Shown here piece after piece: positions 26,727-33,650 of a stretch of DNA of 33,650 bases (position 1 is the stretch's first letter; each line of letters begins with the position of its first letter). The position numbers were made by a program, and so were the translations under genes. Source of the DNA: Nitriliruptorales bacterium (GTDB taxonomy: Bacteria > Actinomycetota > Nitriliruptoria > Euzebyales > Egibacteraceae); the NCBI GenBank assembly GCA_007119305.1, contig SKPY01000075.1:1-33650 (forward strand), given 5' to 3'. Below the pieces are notes generated by a model. That model was given only the letters and a program-made list of their open reading frames with translations, was not told the DNA's origin and did no database searches.

Positions 26727-28210
26727 TCGACCTCGTCACCAGGAGCGCCCTCGAGCTGCGCGACCTCGTCGCTGCGGGCGAGGTGAGCGCGGTGGACGTC
26801 GCGACGGCGCACCTCGAGCGGATTCACGCCACCGACGAGCGGGTCGGCGCCTTCCTGCGCACCCTCGACGACGAGGCGCTCGCCCACGCTGCTGACATCG
26901 ACCGGCGCCGGGCGGCCGGTGAGGACCTCGGCATGCTCGCCGGCGTGCCGCTGGCAGTGAAGGACCTGCTGTGCACGCGGGGCGTCGAGACGACGGCGGG
27001 ATCGCGGATCCTCGCGGACTACCGGCCCCCCTACGACGCCACCGCGGTCATCCATGCCCGCGAGGCCGACGCCGTCATCATCGGCAAGACGAACATGGAC
27101 GAGTTCGCCATGGGCTCGTCGTGCGAGAACTCGGCGTTCTTCCCGACCCGCAACCCGTGGGACCTCGGCCGTGTGCCCGGCGGGTCGTCGGGCGGCTCGG
27201 CGGCTGCGGTCGCGGCCTTTCAGGCCCCGCTCGCGCTCGGCACGGACACCGGCGGGTCGATCCGGCAACCGGCGTCGCTGTGCGGGCTGGTGGGAGTGAA
27301 GCCCACGTACGGCCTCGTCAGCCGCTACGGGCTCATCGCGTTCGCCTCGTCCCTCGACCAGATCGGTCCGTTCGCCCGCACTGTCGTGGACGCCGCGGAA
27401 CTGCTCACGGTGATCGCCCGGCCCGACCCGCGGGATTCGACGTCCATCCCGAAGCCGCCGCCGAACCTGCTCGCCGGCCTCGACGACGGAGCCGACGGCC
27501 TGCGGGTCGGGGTGGTGGCGGAGTTCTTCGGCGACGGGCTCGAAGCGGGCGTGCGCACCCGGGTCACCGAAGCCGTCGAGCGCCTCGCCGGGCTGGGCGC
27601 GGACGTCGTCGAGGTAAGCCTGCCGCACGCACCCTACGGCCTGCCGGCGTACTACCTCATCGCCCCCAGCGAGTGCTCGAGCAACCTCGCGCGCTACGAC
27701 GGCGTGCGCTACGGCCTGCGCGAGGAGGGGGCGACGAGCGCCGCGATGATGGCCGCCACCCGCGGCGCCGGCTTCGGCACGGAGGTCAAGCGCCGGCTGA
27801 TGATCGGCACGTACGCGCTGTCGGCGGGCTACTACGACGCCTACTACGCCCAGGCGCAGCGGGTGCGCACGCTGATCGCGCGCGACTTCGACGCGGTCTT
27901 CGCGAACTGCGACGTGATCGTCGGCCCGACCGCCCCGACGGCCGCGTTCCCGCTCGGCGCGAAGACCGACGATCCGCTCGCGATGTACTTGAACGACATC
28001 TACTCGGTGCCGGCGAGCCTCGCGGGCATCCCGGCCATGAACCTGCCCGTCGGCCTCGACGACGACGGCCTGCCCGTCGGGCTGCAGCTCATGGCGCCGA
28101 TGCTCGACGAGCCCGTGATGCTGCGCGTCGCCCGGGCGCTCGAGGCGGCCGTCGGGTTCGCGACGACCCCGCGAGGGCCGGAGGCGCTCGAGGCCCCGGC
28201 TGCTGCCTAG
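26723..28210 (+). CDS. gatA: Asp/Glu-tRNA(Asn/Gln) amidotransferase subunit A
   Basis: It has the amidase signature [13 protein letters not shown]...[13 protein letters not shown] and [13 protein letters not shown]. Confidence 0.93.
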   Translation: MIDLVTRSALELRDLVAAGEVSAVDVATAHLERIHATDERVGAFLRTLDDEALAHAADIDRRRAAGEDLGMLAGVPLAVKDLLCTRGVETTAGSRILADYRPPYDATAVIHAREADAVIIGKTNMDEFAMGSSCENSAFFPTRNPWDLGRVPGGSSGGSAAAVAAFQAPLALGTDTGGSIRQPASLCGLVGVKPTYGLVSRYGLIAFASSLDQIGPFARTVVDAAELLTVIARPDPRDSTSIPKPPPNLLAGLDDGADGLRVGVVAEFFGDGLEAGVRTRVTEAVERLAGLGADVVEVSLPHAPYGLPAYYLIAPSECSSNLARYDGVRYGLREEGATSAAMMAATRGAGFGTEVKRRLMIGTYALSAGYYDAYYAQAQRVRTLIARDFDAVFANCDVIVGPTAPTAAFPLGAKTDDPLAMYLNDIYSVPASLAGIPAMNLPVGLDDDGLPVGLQLMAPMLDEPVMLRVARALEAAVGFATTPRGPEALEAPAAA

Positions 28211-28220
28211 GAGGAGCGCA

Positions 28221-29699
28221 GTGACCGACACGCCCCGTGCCGCGCCCGCCGAGGAAGCCTGGGAGGCTGTCATCGGCCTCGAGGTTCACGTCGAGCTGGC
28301 GACGGCGACGAAGATGTTCTGCGGCTGCTCGACGGACTTCGGCGGCGCGCCGAACACTCGCACGTGCCCGGTGTGCCTCGGTCAGCCCGGCACGCTGCCG
28401 GTCACGAACCGTGGTGCCGTGGAGAGCGCCATCCGCCTCGGCCTGGCGCTCGGCTGCGACATCGCCCCGTCCAGCCAGTTCCACCGCAAGAACTACTTCT
28501 ATCCCGACATGCCGAAGAACTACCAGATCTCCCAGTACGACGTGCCCATCTGCCGGGGCGGGGCGCTCGAGGTCAGCACCGACACGGGCACCACGACGGT
28601 CGGCATCACCCGCGTCCACATGGAAGAGGACACCGGCAAGAGCCTGCACATCGGAGCGACGGGCCGGCTGCACGGCGCCGAGTACTCGCTCGTGGACTAC
28701 AACCGGGCCGGCATCCCGTTGCTCGAGATCGTCTCCGAGCCCGACATCCGCTCGGCGGAGGAGGCCGCCGCCTACGTCGCTGAGCTGCGCGCCATCGTCC
28801 TCGCGCTGGGCATCAGCGACGCGAAGCTCGAGGAAGGCTCGATGCGCTGCGACGCCAACGTGTCGATCCGCCCCCGGGGCTCGGGGGCCTACGGCACCCG
28901 AGCTGAGGTGAAGAACCTGAACAGCCTGCGCAGTCTGCGGCGCGCCGTCGCCTACGAGATCGAGCGCCAGGTCACCCACCTCGAGGACGGCGGCGAGGTC
29001 GTCCAGGAGACCCGCCACTGGGACGAGGACGGTGGCCGCACCTACACCCTGCGGACGAAGGAGACCACCGAGGACTACCGCTACTTCCCCGACCCCGACC
29101 TCGTGCCCATCGAGCCCGATCCCGCCTGGATCGAGGAGATCCGGGCCAGCCTGCCGGAGCTGCCGGCCGTGACGCGCGCGCGGCTCATGGAGGTCCATGG
29201 GCTGTCGCGGGAGCAGGTGGCCGTGCTGGCCGGCGCCGGTCTCGTCGCGGTCCTCGAGGAGGCGGTCGAGGCGGGCGCAGAGGCCGGTGAGGCCACGAAC
29301 TGGTTGACCAACGAGGTCGTCGCGTGGGCGGGGGAGCGCGACGCTGACCCCGCCCGCGCGCTTGCGGGCGTGCACCTGGCCGAGCTGCTCGCGCTGGTGG
29401 CCGACGGGACGCTGTCGAAGAAGCTCGCGCGCGAGGTGCTCACCGACGTGCTCGAGGGCGGCGGCACACCCCGCGAGGTCGTCGCCGAGCGCGGGCTCGA
29501 GCAGCTGTCGGACGAGGCCGAGCTCGCGGCGGTCTGCGACCAGGTCATCGCCGACAACGCCGAGGCCGCCGAGGAGGTCCGCCAGGGCAACGCAAAGGCC
29601 ATCGGTGCGCTCGTGGGTGGGGTGATGCGGGCCACCCAGGGCAAGGCGAACCCCCAGCTGGCCAACAAGCTCCTGCGGGAGCGGCTCGCCGCGGAGTGA
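28221..29699 (+). CDS. gatB: Asp/Glu-tRNA(Asn/Gln) amidotransferase subunit B
   Basis: AGGAGGAG lies upstream of the GTG. Motifs: WEAVIGLEVHVEL.T.TKMFCGC, CPVCLGQPGTLP, NYFYPDMPKNYQISQY, MEEDTGKS and a YqeY-like C-terminus. Confidence 0.93.
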   Translation: MTDTPRAAPAEEAWEAVIGLEVHVELATATKMFCGCSTDFGGAPNTRTCPVCLGQPGTLPVTNRGAVESAIRLGLALGCDIAPSSQFHRKNYFYPDMPKNYQISQYDVPICRGGALEVSTDTGTTTVGITRVHMEEDTGKSLHIGATGRLHGAEYSLVDYNRAGIPLLEIVSEPDIRSAEEAAAYVAELRAIVLALGISDAKLEEGSMRCDANVSIRPRGSGAYGTRAEVKNLNSLRSLRRAVAYEIERQVTHLEDGGEVVQETRHWDEDGGRTYTLRTKETTEDYRYFPDPDLVPIEPDPAWIEEIRASLPELPAVTRARLMEVHGLSREQVAVLAGAGLVAVLEEAVEAGAEAGEATNWLTNEVVAWAGERDADPARALAGVHLAELLALVADGTLSKKLAREVLTDVLEGGGTPREVVAERGLEQLSDEAELAAVCDQVIADNAEAAEEVRQGNAKAIGALVGGVMRATQGKANPQLANKLLRERLAAE

Positions 29700-29730
29700 A
29701 GGGCTGCGGAACGTGGCGCGGGCCGCCGCA

Positions 29731-29760
29731 CTATTGTCGACTAACTTGTGCTAACATCCG
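29731..29760 (+). promoter_or_regulatory. Candidate crt operon promoter region (AT-richer patch with a CTAAC direct repeat)
   Basis: CTATTGTCGACTAACTTGTGCTAACATCCG lies 50-80 nt upstream of the first candidate crtE start. It contains TTGTCG and TAACAT hexamers, but their spacing is only about 12 nt, so the hexamer assignment is insecure. Confidence 0.25.
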
Positions 29761-29809
29761 GCCCAGGTCCACCGGACAGGCCGGGTGCCGGGACGGTAGC
29801 CTCCAGCAC

Positions 29810-30937
29810 ATGACGAGGGGCAAGATGCTCGGGTCTGCCACACAAGCCAACCCCGGGATGCGCACCGCCGCACGCGCGGCCGGCTGCCCGGCCCTGGAGC
29901 CGGTCGGCGCCCCCCTGCAGGCGCTGCTCGACGAGTTCCTGGCCGCTCGCGTGGGCGAGCTCGCCGAGATCGACGGCACGCTCGAGCGCATCGGCACGGA
30001 GATCCGCGAGTTCGTCCTGGCCGGCGGCAAGCGCCTGCGCCCGGCGTTCGTGTACTGGGGCCACCGCGCCACCGGTGCGGAGCACGACGAGGGGGTTCTG
30101 CAGCCCGCCGCCGCGGTCGAGCTGCTGCACAACTTCGCGCTCATCCACGACGACGTCATGGACCGCAGCGCCACCCGGCGCGGACGTCCGACCGTGCACG
30201 AGGCGCTCGCGGCGGTGCACGGCGACGAGGGCCTCGTGGGCGATCCCGCCTGGTTCGGCATCGGGGGCGCGATCCTCGCCGGCGACCTCGCGTTCGTGTG
30301 GGCCGACCAGCTGCTCGACGCCGCCCCGGTCGACGCCGGTGCGATCAGCCGCGCGCGAGCGGTGTTCACCCGGCTGCGCACCGAGGTGATGGCCGGCCAG
30401 TACCTCGACCTGCGCCTCGCGGGCAGCACCGACGCCGCGGAGGCCGACAGCCTCCGGGTGGCGCTGCTGAAGTCCGGCCGGTACACCGTCACCCGGCCCC
30501 TGCAGCTCGGCGCTGCCCTGGGGGCCTCGGAGGCGGTCCTCGACGCCGCCCTGTGCGCGTACGGCGACGCGGTCGGGATCGCGTTCCAGCTGCGCGACGA
30601 TATCCTCGGCCTGTTCGGCGACCCCGCCGAGACCGGCAAGAGCGCCGCCGAGGATCTGCGTGAGGGTAAGCGCACCATGCTCGTGCTCCGCGCGCTCGAG
30701 CTCGCGGAGCCGGCACAGCGCGACGCGCTTGCGGGCATGCTGGGCGATCCTGACGTGGACGACGACACCGCCGACCGGGCCCGCGACATCGTGTTGCGCA
30801 GCGGCGCGCTGCACGCGGTCGAGCGCTACCTGGAACGCCAGCACGAGCGCGCTCGCCGGGCCCTGGCGCCGGTCGACCGGACCGCGCGTACGGCGCTCGA
30901 GCAGCTCGCAGACCTCGCGCTGCACCGGGAGGGCTGA
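29810..30937 (+). CDS. crtE: Polyprenyl (geranylgeranyl) diphosphate synthase
   Basis: The first aspartate-rich motif is LIHDDVMDRSATRRG and the second is FQLRDDILGLFGD, with GKRLRP and GKSAAEDLREGKRT also present. The start is uncertain (ATG 29810, 29825 or 29858). It sits directly upstream of crtI-crtB. Confidence 0.85.
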   Translation: MTRGKMLGSATQANPGMRTAARAAGCPALEPVGAPLQALLDEFLAARVGELAEIDGTLERIGTEIREFVLAGGKRLRPAFVYWGHRATGAEHDEGVLQPAAAVELLHNFALIHDDVMDRSATRRGRPTVHEALAAVHGDEGLVGDPAWFGIGGAILAGDLAFVWADQLLDAAPVDAGAISRARAVFTRLRTEVMAGQYLDLRLAGSTDAAEADSLRVALLKSGRYTVTRPLQLGAALGASEAVLDAALCAYGDAVGIAFQLRDDILGLFGDPAETGKSAAEDLREGKRTMLVLRALELAEPAQRDALAGMLGDPDVDDDTADRARDIVLRSGALHAVERYLERQHERARRALAPVDRTARTALEQLADLALHREG

Positions 30938-30945
30938 CGGCTTTG

Positions 30946-32448
30946 ATGCGCAGACGGGTCGTGGTGGTGGGGGCGGGCTTCGGTGGGCTCGCGGCTGCCG
31001 TCCGGCTGGCCGCCGGCGGCTGCGACGTCACCGTGCTGGAGCGCGAGGCCGTCGCGGGTGGGCGGGCCGGCCGGCTGGAGCAGGCTGGCTTCGCCTTCGA
31101 TACGGGCCCGAGCGTGCTCACCATGCCCGAGCTGCTCGACGAGCTCTTCGCGGTGGCGGGTGAGGAGCGCCGCGACCATCTCGCGCTCGTCCGGCTCGAC
31201 CCCGCCTACCGGGCGGTGTTCCACGACGGCTCGGAGCTCGCCGTCCGCGGCTCGCTCGAGGCCTTCGCGGCCGAGGTGCACGCGACCTGCGGGGCTGCGG
31301 AAGCCGACCGGCTCCGGCGCCTCGCCGCGCGCCTGGAAGCGCTGTACGAGGCGGAGTTCGGCACGTTCATCGACCGCAACTTCACGTCCGCGCTCGCGCT
31401 TGCGCGGCCCACGCAGATGGCACGGCTCGCGCGCCTGGGCGGGTTTCGGCGTCTGCATCCGCTCGTGGCCAGCCACCTCACCGACTGGCGGCTCATCCGG
31501 CTGTTCACGTTCCAGGCGATGTACGCGGGGATGAGCCCCTACCGGGCGCTGGGCGTCTACGCGGTGATCGCCTACATGGACATGATCCGGGGCGTGTACG
31601 GCGTGCGCGGCGGCGTGCACGCGGTCGCGGCGGCCCTCGCCGGCCTGGCCGTGCGCGCCGGGGTGGACCTGCGGCTGTCGACGCCGGTCACGCAGGTGGA
31701 GGTCGCCGGCGGACGCGCCGTGGCGGTCCGCACCGCCGGCGGTGAGCGGGTCCCGGCCGACGTGGTGGTGCTGAACCCCGATCTGCCGGTGGCCTACCAT
31801 GACCTGCTGCCGGCCGCGGCGGCTCCGCGCCGCGTGCACCGGCTGCGCTACTCGCCCTCCTGCGTCGTCGTGCACCTCGGGTTGGACCGCCCGCTGGACG
31901 GCGCCGCCCATCACAACATCCACTTCGCGCGCAACTACCGCGCGGGCTTCGACGACATCCTGGCGGGACGACCACAGGGGGACCCGTCGTGGTTCCTGTC
32001 GGTGCCGACCCTGACCGACCCGGCGCTGGCACCGCCCGGTGGCGCGGTCGGGTTCTACCTGCTGCCGTGCCCCAACCTGCAGACCGCGCCGCTGGACTGG
32101 GACGCGCGCGCCGCGGCGGAGCTCCAGGCGGCCCAGGAGCGCCTCGAGCGGGCCGGCTACGGCCGGGTCAACGCCGCGACGGTCACGAGCGCGGTCGTCA
32201 CCCCGGCGGACTGGGCGCGTGCGGGCATGGCGGCGGGGACGCCGTTCGCCGCGAGCCACCACTTCGTCCAGACCGGGCCGTTCCGGCCCGCCAACGTCGC
32301 GCCGAAGGTCGGCGGGGTCGTCTTCACCGGCTCCGGGACCGTCCCCGGGGTGGGGGTGCCGATGGTGCTCGTCTCCGGCAAGCTCGCCGCCGAGCGCGCC
32401 CAGACGCTGCTCGGCGGCCAGCGTGTGCCCGCGGGGGGACGCCGATGA
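30946..32448 (+). CDS. crtI: Phytoene desaturase
   Basis: The N-terminal FAD dinucleotide fold is VVVVGAGFGGLAAAVRLAAGGCDVTVLE, followed by FDTGPSVLTMP and the C-terminal motif VFTGSGTVPGVGVPMVLVSGKLAAE. A TTG at 30943 is an alternative start. Confidence 0.9.
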   Translation: MRRRVVVVGAGFGGLAAAVRLAAGGCDVTVLEREAVAGGRAGRLEQAGFAFDTGPSVLTMPELLDELFAVAGEERRDHLALVRLDPAYRAVFHDGSELAVRGSLEAFAAEVHATCGAAEADRLRRLAARLEALYEAEFGTFIDRNFTSALALARPTQMARLARLGGFRRLHPLVASHLTDWRLIRLFTFQAMYAGMSPYRALGVYAVIAYMDMIRGVYGVRGGVHAVAAALAGLAVRAGVDLRLSTPVTQVEVAGGRAVAVRTAGGERVPADVVVLNPDLPVAYHDLLPAAAAPRRVHRLRYSPSCVVVHLGLDRPLDGAAHHNIHFARNYRAGFDDILAGRPQGDPSWFLSVPTLTDPALAPPGGAVGFYLLPCPNLQTAPLDWDARAAAELQAAQERLERAGYGRVNAATVTSAVVTPADWARAGMAAGTPFAASHHFVQTGPFRPANVAPKVGGVVFTGSGTVPGVGVPMVLVSGKLAAERAQTLLGGQRVPAGGRR

Positions 32449-33545
32449 GCGCTGCGGTCGCGCCGCCGGTGCGCACGGATCCGTACGCTGCCGGCGGGTA
32501 CCGGCACCCGGCGCCGGCGCCACGGCTCGTGCGCGACACCGCGCCTCGGGGGTGCGCTGCGCGCACGCGCCTGCAGGACGCCTACGAGGTCTGCCGCCGT
32601 CTCCACGCCGCCCACGGGCGCACCTACTACCTCGCGACCCGGTTGCTGCCCCCCGACCGGCGCCACCACGTGCATGCGCTCTACGGGTTCGCCCGCTACG
32701 CCGACGACCTCGTCGACCACCTGGGGTTGGACTGGGACGCCACGCGGCGGCGGGCAGCCCTCGAGCAGTGGAGCGCCCAGGCCCTGGCCGCGCTCGCCAC
32801 GGGGTGGAGCACCGAGCCTGTGCTCCACGCCGTGGCGCACACGGTGGCCGTGCTGCGGATCCGACACGATGACCTCCGAGCCTTCCTCGCGGCCATGGCA
32901 GCCGACCTCACGGTCACCCGCTACGCAACCTACGACGACCTGTACGGCTACATGTACGGCTCAGCAGGCGTCATCGGCTCGATGATGCTGCCCGTGCTGG
33001 GAGCGCCCGCCGCAGCGCGTGAGCGCGCGCTGGACCTCGGCGTCGCGTTCCAGCTGTCGAACTTCCTGCGCGACGTCGCCGAGGACTGGGACCGCGGTCG
33101 CATCTACCTGCCGCTCGAGGACCTGGAGCGCTTCGGGGTGACCGAGTGGGACTTTCACGCCCGGCACGTCGGCCCGCGCTTCCGCAACCTGCTGGCCTTC
33201 GAGATCGCCCGCACGCGGGCACTGTACCGGCGGGCCGAGCAGGGGTGGGCATACCTGCCGCCCGCGAGCCAGCGCTGCATCCGCGCCGCGCACCGTCTCT
33301 ACGGCGGCATCCTCGACGCGCTCGAGGCCTGCGACTACCAGGTGTTCCGGGTCCGCGCGGCCGTTCCCACCTACCGGAAGGCGGCTGTGGCGGTGACCGA
33401 GGCGCTGCGGCCCACGCGTGCGCCCGTGACCTCGCCCGCTCCGTCCGGCAGAATGGCCGCTGAGAGGCCAAGGTGCCACCATGGAGCGGCGAGGGTCGGC
33501 GTACCGACCAGCCGTCATGCGCTGTGGGAGCCAAGCGCGACGTAG
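32445..33545 (+). CDS. crtB: Phytoene synthase
   Basis: The ATG is codon 153 of ORF 31989..33545 and forms an ATGA overlap with the crtI stop. Motifs: YYLATRLLP, LYGFARYADDLVD, YMYGSAGVIG, AFQLSNFLRDVAEDWDRGRIYLP. It is 366 aa, with about 45 extra N-terminal residues and a C-terminal tail relative to the catalytic core. Confidence 0.88.
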   Translation: MSAAVAPPVRTDPYAAGGYRHPAPAPRLVRDTAPRGCAARTRLQDAYEVCRRLHAAHGRTYYLATRLLPPDRRHHVHALYGFARYADDLVDHLGLDWDATRRRAALEQWSAQALAALATGWSTEPVLHAVAHTVAVLRIRHDDLRAFLAAMAADLTVTRYATYDDLYGYMYGSAGVIGSMMLPVLGAPAAARERALDLGVAFQLSNFLRDVAEDWDRGRIYLPLEDLERFGVTEWDFHARHVGPRFRNLLAFEIARTRALYRRAEQGWAYLPPASQRCIRAAHRLYGGILDALEACDYQVFRVRAAVPTYRKAAVAVTEALRPTRAPVTSPAPSGRMAAERPRCHHGAARVGVPTSRHALWEPSAT

Positions 33546-33650
33546 TTGCATCGATCGGAACGACGAAAGCGAGAAGCGTGCAGCCGTTCACCAACCCACG
33601 GTCCGACGTCGGCGGCGGCCCCAGCACCAACGGGACGCATCCGGCTCCCG

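Noticed and set aside
29731-29760. A CarH/LitR-type (B12-dependent, light-responsive) operator upstream of the crt operon.
   Set aside because: I tested the tandem 11-bp nAnnTnnACAn pattern on both strands. The ACA triplets are 12 nt apart and the flanking A/T positions do not match. No litR/carH gene lies in the window.
24505-32523. Further long antisense ORFs: 24505..25905, 26588..28273, 28089..29375, 29731..30789, 29741..30925 and 30826..32523 on the minus strand. Many long same-strand out-of-frame ORFs also occur, for example 10292..11836, 12267..13307 and 26971..28224.
   Set aside because: Each overlaps a gene with unambiguous family motifs (AIRS-like, gatA, gatB, crtE, crtI, etfA/PBP). 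Each has the Arg/Pro/Gly-rich composition expected from off-frame translation of GC-rich coding DNA.
33578-33650. A possible GTG-initiated ORF, preceded by a purine-rich GAAAGCGAGAAG, that runs off the right edge of the window.
   Set aside because: Only about 24 codons are visible, with no recognisable motif. That is insufficient to call a gene.

Overview
This is a very GC-rich chromosomal segment (third codon positions are almost all G/C), and its gene content and order look like Actinomycetota. I could support 31 intact protein genes plus two short gene remnants. I found no rRNA, tRNA, CRISPR array, transposase or integrase.

Left to right, the window contains:
- the 3' end of a livM-livG-livF branched-chain amino acid ABC operon;
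- a minus-strand sugar ABC operon (lipoprotein binding protein plus two permeases, no ATPase) that ends in an orphan AmmeMemoRadiSam-type radical SAM gene;
- an LctP-family permease, divergent from enoyl-CoA hydratase and etfBA;
- a class A penicillin-binding protein, a GNAT acetyltransferase and a cysteine desulfurase;
- a roughly 3.1 kb insertion holding a ParD/ParE toxin-antitoxin pair, an HD-GYP-LuxR regulator and the two gene remnants;
- mnmA and ligA;
- a roughly 5 kb accessory block: Zn-alcohol dehydrogenase, archease-like protein, PflX-type radical SAM, ThiE/TenI-like protein, AIR-synthase-related protein and a small tandem-Cys4 protein;
- gatCAB;
- a crtE-crtI-crtB carotenoid operon.

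The backbone etfBA ... iscS-mnmA ... ligA ... gatCAB is a conserved actinobacterial arrangement, and the two insertions interrupt it. The best candidate for an undescribed system is the block of archease-like, radical SAM, ThiE-like, PurM-like and Cys-rich genes between ligA and gatC. The second-best candidate is the radical SAM gene fused onto the sugar-uptake operon.

Gene coordinates are anchored on the supplied ORF track. Internal start codons were chosen from homology-style N-termini, Shine-Dalgarno-like motifs and start/stop overlaps. Coordinates of short DNA motifs were counted by eye and may be off by a base or two.
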